DNA from: Dictyostelium discoideum
Lineage: Eukaryota
Assembly: GCA_000004695.1 (NCBI GenBank)
Contig: CM000152.2
Location: 1,760,001 to 1,824,000 of the forward strand
DNA: 64,000 nucleotides
Reading direction: 5' to 3'
Position 1 is the stretch's first letter; each line of letters starts with the position of its first letter. Positions 47,950 through 63,633 of the stretch are shown piece by piece. The notes under the pieces are model-generated. The model was given only the letters and a program-made list of their open reading frames with translations, did not search any database and was not told the DNA's origin. A program made the translations under genes and the position numbers.

Positions 47950-47964
47950 ATTGGTGATTAATCT
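47950..47964. repeat. 15-bp copy ATTGGTGATTAATCT at the 5' boundary of the second TRE5-A, 31 nt upstream of tRNA-Val
   Basis: See 39447..39461. This copy lies in native tRNA-upstream context. Confidence 0.7.
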
Positions 47965-47995
47965 TAATGACATTCATAACAAAAAAATCATGTTT

Positions 47996-48069
47996 GGTTT
48001 GATGGTGTAGTTGGTTATCACGGTTGCTTTACACGCAACAGGTCTCGAGTTCGATCCTCGGTCGGATCA
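47996..48069 (+). tRNA. tRNA-Val, anticodon TAC (UAC), 74 nt including discriminator; T5 terminator at 48075..48079
   Basis: GGTTTGA TG GTGT AGTTGGTTA TCAC G GTTGC TTTACAC GCAAC AGGTC TCGAG TTCGATC CTCGG TCGGATC A. The anticodon arm GCTTTACACGC is the tRNA-Val(TAC) signature; T loop is TTCGATC; acceptor stem has 3 G-U pairs; followed by atatattttt. The TRE5-A pair ends 46 bp upstream, the canonical integration distance. Confidence 0.85.
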
Positions 48070-48394
48070 TATATTTTTAAAATTTTACGGAAAATACTAA
48101 TTAAACTTTCCTTTAAAGGATAAGCTATGATTAATCATTATTAAAAACTAAATAAACAATAAGCAAAAAGTAATCAACCTTGCATTAAAAAAAAAAATTT
48201 TTTTTTTTTTTTTTTTTTTTGTAATTATAAATCCCCGACATTCAATTTCCCATGGCCAGATGGTGTAGTCCCTTATAACACTATCACAAACAGAATTACA
48301 CATATAATCCCACGAAACATCAAAAAGGATCATAAGGTTAACATAGACTACGTAAATCTTCCAAGTTTTATTACCAAAATCCACATAGAAATCA

Positions 48395-48658
48395 TCAAAC
48401 TCCTGTTTTATTTAGTAGGCTTTGAATTGGTAGTATATCTCTAGATAATTCATCTAAACATTCTATCATATAATTAAATACCATAGGATTCCAATCCTGT
48501 TGACCTTTACTATAGAGTTGATTCCTTGATAAATCCATTGAATTAAAGCCAAGGCATACCAATTCATTATTTTTGATATACCCCTTGCTATTGTTGATTC
48601 TATTAAGAGACATTTTAAATACACGATCTTCTTTTTTAATATTTTTTTTGACCAACAT
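48395..48658 (-). CDS. 87-aa ORF paralogous to the C-terminal domain of the 11918..12463 ORF (about 55 percent aa identity); possibly a gene fragment
   Basis: MLVKKNIKKEDRVFKMSLNRINNSKGYIKNNELVCLGFNSMDLSRNQLYSKGQQDWNPMVFNYMIECLDELSRDILPIQSLLNKTGV* versus ...MLYSREIDNDERVFQMSLNRLDNKKGYIKENIELVCLGFNSTDVSKNQLHIKGQQDWNQSVFDYMVQCLDELSKEIIPTQTYQ.... Stop codons lie immediately upstream and there is no acceptor, so it is stand-alone as written. Confidence 0.4.
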   Translation of the reverse strand: MLVKKNIKKEDRVFKMSLNRINNSKGYIKNNELVCLGFNSMDLSRNQLYSKGQQDWNPMVFNYMIECLDELSRDILPIQSLLNKTGV

Positions 48659-48896
48659 TATTTATTTAGCGAATTTTTCATTTTGCTATGACATTATATT
48701 TAAAAAATAAAAATAAAATAATAAAAAAAAAAAATTAAATAATTATTTTCATTTGATTTTACATTTTAAATATTGTTCAGGGCAGATTTTTTCCAATTTC
48801 TTACTACACCATTTTATTTTTTCAAATAATAAATTCCCAAAAATTAATTAATTAAAACAAACATAAATTTATTTTTAAAAAATTATTATATTAGTT

Positions 48897-48935
<39 letters not shown>

Positions 48936-48943
48936 AATTGGAA

Positions 48944-48979
<36 letters not shown>

Positions 48980-49064
48980 ACTTAACCGAAATCTTTTTCG
49001 TTTTTCATTTTTTTTTTTTTTTTTTATCCATTTTTTTTTTTTTTTAATATATCCAAACCAATAA

Positions 49065-51425
49065 ATGAGTAATAATATAAAGTTTTTACAATGTTTTAAA
49101 TTTGTCAAAAATTTAAATTTAATAAATAATGTGAAACCAAGTTATAATATCAATAAAAACCAATTTAAAACTACACCAATACCCACAATTAAAACTTTAT
49201 CAACAAATATCAATATTTTAAATAATTTTGAATTTGAGAAAAATGAAAATATAAAATTTTTTTCAACATTTAATAAATTTAGTAGAGGTGGTGGTGTTTC
49301 ACTAAAGAAATCTGGAACTACTACTAATAATAATAAAACAAAAGAATTAACAGAATCAACATCAGATTCAACAAATGAAAATGGATATAAATTTAATTTT
49401 ATAAATCCAGATTCAATTGCACCATTTAAACCAAGACATTTACCATATGAAACTACAACTGATTTAGATTTTTTAGTACCACCAGGGTTAACACCAATTG
49501 AATCAAGTGAAACATTAAATAAATATTTAAAATTGGCAAAAGCATTATCAGCAATTGGTTTTGAACATCAAGAGAATGAAAAATGGGAAGAAGCATTGGA
49601 ATCCTATAATAAAGCATTATTTTATATTAGAAATATATTTGCATCTGAAAAAACTAGAGATAAAATTGATTTACGTGATTTTGCATTGTTATTAAGTAAT
49701 TCAGCAGAATCCTATTCAAGGGTTGATAAAATGACAGATGCAATGACACGTTCAAAACAATCGATTGATTTATTGGAAGTTTATTGGAAAAATCAAGTTT
49801 TACAATTTTCAAGTTCAAAACCATCAATAAGATCAATGTGGAAAAAAGATGAAATGTTGGGAGTTTTTTGTAGTAATTATTCAGAGTATTTAATTTTCGA
49901 TAATAAATTTGAAGAGGCAGAACCATATCTAGTTAGAGCACATGAAATTTTAGAGAAAATTTATCCACTCAATCATCCAGTTAATATTGAAATTGGTATT
50001 TCATTAGTAAAAGTTTTAAATGAAATGGGTAGATCAAAAGAGGTTGAAAAAATCTTTGAAAAGTATGGTGATACAATAACTGATGCAATGGGCAAAACTG
50101 AAGAATTTAAACATATCTCTGAAAAGGTTGAAACTGATATTAAACATCAAATGATTGAACAAATTAAAGATCAATATCCTGAATTAGGTTTAGATCATAA
50201 AGATTTTGAAGATGATGATGGTCAAGAAGATATTGAAAGAGATAAATATTTAGATGATAAAGAAAAACTTAATCAATATATTGAAAATAATAATGGTGAT
50301 TTAATTGAATATGATGAAAATGGTAATTTAACTTTTAAAAATAATAAAAATAGAAAAGATGATCAAGATGATGATGAAGATAATAATATAAAAGTAAAAT
50401 CAAAATATAGTGAATTAGAATTTGATATAAATGATTTATTATTATTAGAACAAGATAAAATTGAATCAAAGCAACAAGAAATGGAAATAAGAAAACAAAA
50501 AAGAAATAATGGTGAATTATTATTAGATCAAGAAGATGATGATAATGATGAAGATTTACAATTTAAAGAAAGAGATTTTGATGAATTAAATAATGAAGAT
50601 GATGATGACGATTTTGATTTAGATTTTGGTGATGAAGGTGATGAAGATGAAGGTGATCGTGAAGATTTAGGTAGAGAAGAAATTCATCCAAGAGAAGAGA
50701 TGTTAAATATAAAATTAGAACAAGATGAAGATTTAATGAAACAAAAAGGTATTAAAGTATTTTCAACACGTAAACCATTGGGAAATGTTTTAAATGAATT
50801 TGATTCACTATTTGATGAAGCCACTGAAAAGTATACAGAAATTCAAAATGAGAGAGTCATTGATCGTGAAGAACGTTTAATTAATAAACATTCAGGTATA
50901 CCAGAGAAAGTAATCTATAAAGATGGTAAAATCATTACACCAACCGATAAACACGGTGAACCAATTTCACAAGGTGCCATTGATAAATGGGGTAAATTCT
51001 ATGCTGAGGATTTAATTCAAGAAGATATCAATGAGGAGGAGGATGTATTAAATGATTACATTGGTAAAATGGGTAATCTAATGGAATCAATGTCAAAAAA
51101 AGAGTCAAATCAATTGGATAAAGAATTTAAATTAATGTATCCAAAATTTAAAAAATTATTATCTCAACCAAATCCTGAAAGATATTTAAATACTTCATTA
51201 ATGGATGTTGAAGAGGATGAAAAACAAAGAAAAGAATTAATAATTCAAGAAATTAAAGAAATTAAACAATATTTACAAGAATTAAAAGATGAAGGTTATG
51301 ATGATAATGGTATTAATGATGAATCAATTGACGATGATGATGATAATTCTTTTTTAGAAAATGATTATGATTTTATTAATGAAGAAAATGATGATAAAGA
51401 AATAAATAATAATAAAAATATTATT

Positions 51426-51483
<58 letters not shown>

Positions 51484-51995
51484 GTAATAATAATAATATT
51501 TCAGAAACAAATTATATAGATTTTATAAATACAGCTAGAGAACTCAATTTTGATGAAGATAAAATTATTAAAAAAATTGGTGAAAGAGAATTTGAAAATT
51601 TACAAAATCGTTTTAATATTAATCAAGAAAATGATGATGATGAAGAAAAATTAATAAGTGATATTTTTAATAATAATAATAGTAATTCAAATCCAAATAA
51701 AAAACAACAAAAACAAAATCAAATTCAAGAAGATGATGAAACAGAATCTTTTGATGATGATAATGATGATGATTCTTTAAGAGGCTTATTAAAAGAACTT
51801 GAAGAATTAGATGGAGATCAATCATATGATGATGATGAAACTATTGATTTAGAAGGATTTGAAGATTTGGATGATTTGGATGATGACCAAGTTGTCGATG
51901 AGAGTAATCCAGAAAAAGATTTGGAAAAATATTTGAAAAAAGTTTCAAAAACTAATTCATTTAAAGAATTTATTGATGATATTAAAAAGAAATAA
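49065..51995 (+). CDS. 976-aa protein: basic N-terminus, TPR-like helical region (~aa 150-330), then long acidic D/E- and Asn-rich low-complexity C-terminal half
   Basis: Single long ORF with good coding periodicity in the N-terminal third (...LKLAKALSAIGFEHQENEKWEEALESYNKALFYIRNIFASEKTRDKIDLRDFALLLSNSAESYSRVDKMTDAMTRSKQSIDLLEVYWKNQ...EEAEPYLVRAHEILEKIYPLNHPVNIEIGISLVKVLNEMGRSKEVEKIFEKYG). The N-terminal 60 aa are K/N-rich without acidic residues. Confidence 0.65.
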
Positions 51996-52862
51996 AATAA
52001 TATATTTCTTTTTTTGTTCAAAAAAAAAAAAAATAATAATAATAATAATTATAATAATAATAATAATAATATTTTCAATCAGAATTAATTATTAATTATT
52101 ATTTTATTTTTTATTTTTTTTTTTTTTATTTTGATTAAGGTTTATAAAAGTATCCATTATTATTTATAAATAAAATTCTAAATTTATCATTATTGGACAC
52201 AGTTATCTCTAATACATTTTGAAATGGTTGTTCTTTTCTAATAAAATCTTTTTGATATTGATTTTTTAAATTTAATTTTGATCCTAATACTTTAGAGTTT
52301 TTTTTTCTTTTAACACATTTAAATGAATTCAATGGGGGAGCTAAAATTATAAATAATAAAAAAAAAAAAAAAAAGAAAAAAAAAAAAAATGGAGTTTAGT
52401 AAGGTTTTTTTTTATTTTTAAAAAAAATTTTAATTATTCTAATAGTACTTAGGAAGTCCATATTGAAGATATTTTTTATAGAAAAAAAAAAAATAGGGAT
52501 AAAATATTATTTTTAAGTTTGGCCGTATATAAAAATATCAGCTGAATATTAATCTTTAAAGTGCTGAAAATTAATTTTATTCAGCTCTGGTTTGGCTTTT
52601 TTTTTTTCTGTACGAATCCTCTTAAATAAATGGGAATGTGTTTTTTTTTTTTTGGGTGTTTGGGAAAAAAAAAAAAAAAAAAAAAATTTATATTAAAAAA
52701 ATATACTGATTAAAATTCTTTTTTTTTTTCTATTAATCAGCACAAAGATAAGTAAAAAAATATTATTTCGTTATTGTGTAATGGTTTTTTTAAACTTTTA
52801 AACTTTTTTAAATTTAAAGAGGTGTTCTGTTTTGTGCATCCTAGAGAAACGAAAATATATCG

Positions 52863-52897
<35 letters not shown>

Positions 52898-53412
52898 AGG
52901 TTAAAAATATCATGAAACCATTTATGATTTTATTAAATTATTTTGGGGGTTGATTTTTGTGTTTTAAATTTAAGAAAATAATATATAGTAATAATAATAA
53001 AAAAAAAAATAAAAAAAATATTATTATTTAAAATATAAAAATAAAATATTCTTATTTAATTTTCTAAAAAAACAATATGAATTGATCATTCCTAGATTTC
53101 CAATTAATTTTTTTTATTTTTTTTATTTCAGTTTTTGGTTGGCCAAATTAAAATTTAATGGGCTGGAAAAAAAAAAAATGGTTTGATTATTTTAAAATTT
53201 TTTTTTATTAAAAAAATCTCAATACTTCGAAATATTTTATTTCCCATGCTTTTTCTTAAAAAAAAAAGTTTGCAAAGATTTTTTCTGTTTCAATCACACA
53301 AACAATGGTTTTTAATTATTTTTTTTTTTGTAATATTTTTTTTTTTTTTTTTTTTATATATTTTTTTTCTCATTTTTAATTAAAAAAAAAAAAAAAAAAA
53401 TAATTAATCAAT

Positions 53413-53462
<50 letters not shown>

Positions 53463-53504
53463 TAATAATAATAAAAATTAATATAAATAATAAAATTTCC
53501 AACA

Positions 53505-53921
53505 ATGAATTTTGATAATAAAAATAAAAATGATAATTATCAAGAATCAATTCAAAGAATAGTAAATCAAAGAAATAATCTTTTAAAAGAGGTAAATTTA
53601 AATAATAATAATTTTTATTTTTATAATTTTTTAACAAATACTAATTTTTTAAAATATTATTATTATTTATACATTCCAGATAGAAAATAAAATCAATCAA
53701 CAATTTGGAAATGGTAACTATGAAACATTAATAAAATCAATTGAACTAATCTATGAAATTGAAGAGAAAATTAAAAGAATTAAAGAATTAAATAGTCTTC
53801 AATGTGACCTATTAGAATATATAAACCCAACTAATTCAATGGTACCAACTTCACCATTCTCTTCTCCTAATTTTCCTAATTCTAATATTGAAATTATTGA
53901 TCAAAAACAACATCATCAACA

Positions 53922-54012
<91 letters not shown>

Positions 54013-54489
54013 AAACAACAACAAAAACAACAGCAACAACAACTACAACAATCTCATACCAAACAATCACCTAAAAAACAAGGTCACAATTCAAAACAAC
54101 AATTTTTAACATCATTGGAAAAACATAAAGATCAAAAAGAAGAAAATGAAGAAAATGAAGAAAATGAAGAAAATGAAGAAAATGAAGAAAATGAAGAAAA
54201 TAAGGAAAAAGATGTAGAAGTTGCAAAATCAAATAAACCAAAAAGAGGTAGACCATCAAAACCAAAACCAGAATATTGCTTTCGTTATGGAACAAGATCT
54301 TGTCCATATTGGAGAAAAAATGTAATTAAAGGTGAGCTCGTTGATGTTTGTAATGCATGTGGTTTACATTTAATGAAAAAAGAAAAAAAAGACTTGATGG
54401 AGAAACAAAAAAACAGCATTAAAAATTTATTAAACAATGATGAAATTATAACAAACTATGATGACCTAGGTTTTGTATTATATAATTAA
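53505..54489 (+). CDS. GATA-type zinc-finger protein with long polyQ; exons join(53505..53591,53680..54489), ~298 aa
   Basis: Exon 1 MNFDNKNKNDNYQESIQRIVNQRNNLLKE | GTAAAT; acceptor ACATTCCAG at 53678-53679; phase 0 into IENKINQQFGNGNYETLIK...MVPTSPF... The (CAA)n polyQ spans 53920..54050 and the (GAAAAT)n encoding ENEENEEN spans 54130..54200. The C-terminal finger CFRYGTRSCPYWRKNVIKGELVDVCNACGLHLMKK has the GATA core WR....G....CNACGL but non-canonical spacing of the first Cys pair. Confidence 0.6.
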
Positions 54490-54828
54490 AAAAAAAAAAA
54501 AATGTAATAATAAAAAATAAAAAGAAATAAATCTGTAATATTAAAAATAAAACAAATAAATCTTAAATAGTTTTTTTTTAATAGACCCATGCCAATTTGG
54601 ATGTATTAATTTTTTATTTAAATATTTATAATTATACTGATCGAGATCTAAATTTATTAGATTTTATTTATCATTATTAAATAAAATAAATATATAAAAA
54701 ACAAAATACAAAAAATGAAAATATTAAAAATGTGTCTGAAAGGTTTCAGAATTAAATTTTAAAAAAAAAAACTAATATTTACAAATTTTTTTATTAATAT
54801 ATAAGGTTAAATAAGGATTAAAGAAGAG

Positions 54829-58189
<3,361 letters not shown>

Positions 58190-58573
58190 TTTTTTTTTTT
58201 TTTTTTTTTTTTTTTAGGAATATTTTTTTTTTTTTTTTTTTTTTTTGGTCTCCAATTTATATATAAGTATTTTTAAATTGTTTTAATGTTTCACATGTAA
58301 TTATATAATTTTATTAAGTGGATAAACGTATATTTTGTTTTTTTTTTGAATTGGGATGTGGTTTTTTTTTTTTTTTTGTTTTTTTATTTTTTTTTTTTTT
58401 TTTTTTGAAATAATAAAATTTTATAGGAATAAATAAAATATATTTTTTTTATTTAACCAAAAACAGGGATACTGAAATTCTGTATTTGATTTTAAAAAAT
58501 TAAATAAAAGAAATCCCATTTTTTTTATTTTTTTTTTTTTTAAAATTTGTGATCACCTGTATAAAATTAAATG

Positions 58574-58605
<32 letters not shown>

Positions 58606-59883
58606 ATATTGATTTATTGTAATTTTTGATTGTTAGTATCCAATAAATTAATTAATTATAAAATTTAAATTTAAAAAATAAATAAAAAATAATAAAAAAA
58701 AAAAAAAAAAAAAAAAAAAAAGAAAGAAAGATAAAAAAGAAGAAAAAATTTTTTTTAAAATCTTTTAATTTTTTTTTTAAAAAAACTTTAAATTTAACCT
58801 AATGAATGTGTGAGTTGAGTGGGTGGTAATCAAATAAAATATAAAAATGGTGAATTAAAAAAAAAAAATTTTAAAAAATTAAAAAATTAAAAAATTAAAT
58901 AATTATTAAAAAAAAAAAATTAAATTCCAAAAAAAAAAAAAAAAACACAAAATACACACAGTGTTAAATATGATAATGTGTATAATTATATAATAATTTA
59001 AAATTACAACAGTACTTAACAATTTACTCTATTGTATTTTAATGAAAATAATAACAGTATAAAAAAAAAAAATAAAAATAAAAAAAAAGTATTAAAATTA
59101 AAAAAAAAAAAAAATTATAATAAAAAAAAAAATAAAAATAAAAATAAAATAAGGAAAAATAATATTGAAAATAAAAAAAATAAAAAAAAACACCACTACC
59201 CCAAATTCTATATATAGATATATAATTTATTGTGTTTTTTTTTTTTTTTTTTGAGTTTTTGGATGTGATGTGATTATGATTTTAATTATATTTTGTTGAT
59301 ATTTGAAGTTTAAAATTAGAGCTACAACGTATTATGTGTGTGATAAAATGATGAAGGGGTGATGATATTTATTTATTTATTTATTTAATTATAATTTACT
59401 TGTTGATTGACTGATTGATTGATAGATTGATTGATTGATTGATTAAGTGATTTATTAATTCAATTAACTATTGATTTCAATGTCTATTATTATTATTAAT
59501 CATTCTATGAATAAAAAAAATAATAAAAAAATAAATGAAAAAAAGACTATAAAAAAAATTTTATTTTAATTGAGATATTTTATTATTTTTAAAATGGATA
59601 AAAAAAAAATAAAAAAAAAAAATAAAAAACAAAAAAATATAATGGATTGAAAAAAAAAAAATATATATATTAAGTGTGATAAAATATTTATAAATATTAC
59701 TATGAGGTATTACAATTTTGTGGTGGTTTTTAAAAAAAAAAAAAAAAATAAAAAAAATAAATATATTAAATAAATAAAAAAATTAAATTTTGAAAAAAAA
59801 AAAAAAAAAATATCTTGAGGATATGAATTTTTTTTTTAACTGCGTTATAAGAACTAGATTTTTATTAATATTTTTTTTAAAAT

Positions 59884-59918
<35 letters not shown>

Positions 59919-60686
59919 TGAAAGTACTAAAAAAGTATTATGCAATGTTTTCAACAATTACTTTTTTTAGATAGATATTGTTCCAATTATTTTGAAATAT
60001 AAAACTTTAAATAAAATAAAAATAAAAATAAATATTAAAAATAAAAAATAAAATAAAAATAAAAATAAATGAATATAATAAAAGTAATTTTTTGATATCC
60101 GTACATAGAAAAGAGTTTTTAATACTACTTTGTAATATTACAATGAATTTTTTATTTTTTTATTTTTTTATTTTTTTCTTTTATTTTTTTTTTATTTTTT
60201 TTTAGATTATTTGATATAAAAAATAAAATACAAATAAACTATTCAAACAAAGAATTAAAGTTAAATATTTACCACAAAAAAAAAATAAAAAAATAAAATA
60301 ATAATAATAATATTTTAATTAAAATAAATAAAAAAAATAAAAAAATAAATTAATAATGTTTGTGGTATGGGGGTTGAAAATTTTTTATTTAAAATTCGAA
60401 GGAGTTTATATATCTACCCTATTGTAATTAATTATTTGAATTAAAAAAAAAAAAATTTTAAAGAATAAAATAAAAAATTAAATAAATAAAAAAAAAATAA
60501 AAATTTTAAATCAAAAAGTATAACTATATTTAATTTTATTTTTAATTTTTTATTTAAATTTTAATTTTAATTTTAATATTTGATTTCATTTTTTTTTAAA
60601 TCTATTTACAAAAAGTTTTTTTTTTTTTTTTTTTTTTTTAAAATCTATTTACAATATTTGCTATGTTTGTTTTTTTTTTTTTAGAT

Positions 60687-61234
60687 TTAATTTTTATCAC
60701 AAAGTAAAAAATTAATATTTGGTTTTGATTGTTCATTGCAATCAATAATTTCCATTGGAACTAATGGTGAGGTATTTCTACTACTATTTAAACTAGTTGA
60801 GGAACTCTGGCCAATATTAAAAGTACCATCAAATGATGAATTTAACTTTAATCTCTTTTTTTCAGTGTAAGATTTTAAAACATCAATTGAAAAAAGGCTA
60901 AAAAACTTTGGAGAACTATCAATTGAGGAAGCCAATGAACTACATTGATAATTTTGAATTGGACTTGTAACATTTGATAAACATGGATTATATGAATATA
61001 CAATATTAACTGGATCTCCAAGTTGTGTATTATTATTATTAAAATTATTAATAGTATTATTATTATTATTAAAATTATTATTAATAATATTATTATTATT
61101 ATTAAAATTATTAATAGTATTATTATTATTTTTATTACTATTACTATTATTATTATTATTAATATTATTATTATTAATATTATTATTATTATCTTTATAA
61201 TTGAGTTTAGAATCTATTATAAAATTATCACCAA

Positions 61235-61286
<52 letters not shown>

Positions 61287-61294
61287 ATTTAAAA

Positions 61295-61325
<31 letters not shown>

Positions 61326-61405
61326 TAAAATGTTATTATTATTTAAAATATTATTATTATTATTTTTATTATTATTATTATTATTTTTATTATTATTATT
61401 ATTAC

Positions 61406-61484
<79 letters not shown>

Positions 61485-62408
61485 GTTATTTAATTTTTTT
61501 TTTTTTGAGTTTTGTGATTGTATTAAATCAATTTTTTGAGAAATAAAACGTGGTTTAAAAGATTGATTTAATTGATTCATAGTTAAGAATAATTCAAAAA
61601 TGACTTTTGAACTATTGATGTTAATTGATTTATGATGTGGATAAACGATGGAAGTACTATTTGGAAATTTAGGAATTGCAACTATGGAACTAATAGGTAG
61701 CATTACATATTTGATTGAAGTTGTAATGGTTGGATCATCATTTAAATAGTGACGTAAAAGAATTTCATTTGCATTGAAAATATTTGGAGCCAATTGGATT
61801 GAAAATTCCCAGAGTTTGAAAATATTACCGGTATTAGTATTATTATTACTATTATCTTGATAAGTTAAAGTTCTTTTAGTAACTTGGAAATTTTCAGTAA
61901 TTTCTTGGAACAAATTAACATATGGACTATTACTTTGAGTAATACCTTGATCTTTAGTAATGGAATCTCTAATTGGCTTCTCTTCACCATTTTGTTTCCA
62001 ATTTCCAGTTGAATTGTCTAGTTTTCTCTTTTTCTTTTTATCTTTAACCAAGATACATTGGAGAGCACCACCTGATAAAAAAAAAATAAAAAAATAAAAA
62101 TAAAAAAAATAAAAAAAATGAAAAAAGAAAAAATGAAAAAAGAAAAAAAAGAAATTGTATGTTATTAATAAAAGGTGTGGGTGGTGAACATTTTTTTTTT
62201 TTTTTCAATTATATTTTTTTTTATTATTTTTTTTTTTTTTATACATACTTTTACTTTTTAATAATGATTCATCCTCAGTCATTTCTTCTATTTCTATTCC
62301 ATTTACACTTAGATCATAAAAATGGCCAAGTAAAAAAATGAAAAAAATTAATTTTAAATAATCTTCATCAGAAGTTCTGTGATTTAAACTTTTTTGTAGT
62401 TTTTTCAT
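60687..62408 (-). CDS. uncharacterised protein (~494 aa) with long Asn-rich tract; exons join(62408..62309,62071..60687)
   Basis: The 454-aa ORF stays open upstream to the acceptor TTTTTATCAG (62072-62073). Upstream exon MKKLQKSLNHRTSDEDYLKLIFFIFLLGHFYDL with donor A | GTGTAA at 62308 gives phase 1, matching the acceptor phase (...YDLSGGALQCILVKDKKKKRKLD...). The donor is non-consensus, so the first exon is tentative. Confidence 0.4.
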
Positions 62409-63594
62409 TTTGATTTTATAAAATTATTTTTTTATAAAAAAAAGTTTTTTTTTTATTTATTAAACAATTAATTTAATTTAATATTTATAAATATTTCTAT
62501 TTCCTTTTTTTTTTTGTTTTTTGGTATTTTTTTTTTTTTTTTTTTGAAATGGAAAAATAAATTAGTAAAATTGAAATGGTTAAATATGAAAAAAAAAAAA
62601 AAATTTTTTATGGAAAAAAAAAATTGTATAAATAAATTTAAATTTTAATCAAATAAATTTTTTTATTTTTTTTATATTTTTTATTTAAAAAAAAAGTATT
62701 TTTTTTTTTTTTTTTAATTCTATTTTTGGACCTTGGTTTTTTTTTTCTATTTTTTTTTTCTATTTTTTTTTTTTTTTCTATTTTTTACTGTATCAATTAG
62801 ACTTATATAAACCACTTGAAAAAAAAAACAAAAATAAAAAATAAAAAAATAAAAAACAAATATTATTACAATGGTGGTAGTGGTAATGATAGTGTGTGTG
62901 TGTTACTCATGGGTGTTAACCATAAAAAATTAATTTTGCCTTTTGGCATCCGAAGAATCAAAAAAACAAATTGACTTACAGTCTTCATATTAATAATAAC
63001 CATTTTCATATTATTATATCTGAAAAAAAAAACATCACAGTGTGGGTTGGTGTAATTCAAAAAAAAAACATTTTTATTATTATAAAGTGGTGTGGTAATG
63101 ATTAAATTGTTTTTTTTTTTTTTTTTAACACATTGGCTGAGAAAAAAAAAAAAACAATTATAATATTATTTTTTTTTTTTTTTTTTTGGTTTTGTTTTTT
63201 TGTAGTAACTTAAAAATGGATAGGGTTAAAGAGCAATAAACTACACACTGAATCTACCCCATCCATTATATATTCACTAAATTAATATTATTATTATTAT
63301 TTTTTTTTTTCACACCATTATATATTCACTAAATTAATATTATTATTATTATTATTTGTTTATGAAAAGTAAAATACTATTCAATATTTTAGTTTATATA
63401 AAATTTTAATTAACTGATCCTTTTTTTTTTATTTTTAGAATTAAGATTTCTTTAAATCTTTAAATATTTTTGTTCCAATTTTATTTTTTTTTTTTTTTTT
63501 TCAAAAATTTTTAAAAAAAAATAAAAATTGTGGTAATATTGAATAAAAACAAAAAAAACTAATGTAATAATAAAAAAAAATTTAAAAATTAAGT

Positions 63595-63633
<39 letters not shown>

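Noticed and set aside
48148-48384. 78-aa ORF immediately downstream of the 48395..48658 ORF, considered as an additional exon
   Set aside because: No usable GT...AG pair links it in frame. The product ends in a lysine homopolymer from an (A)n tract, and there is no counterpart downstream of the paralog at 11918.
52135-52332. 65-aa ORF preceded by an acceptor-like TAATTTTAG
   Set aside because: No upstream exon with coding character could be found in 52340..53180, and TTG would be the only in-ORF start. Possibly a decayed exon.
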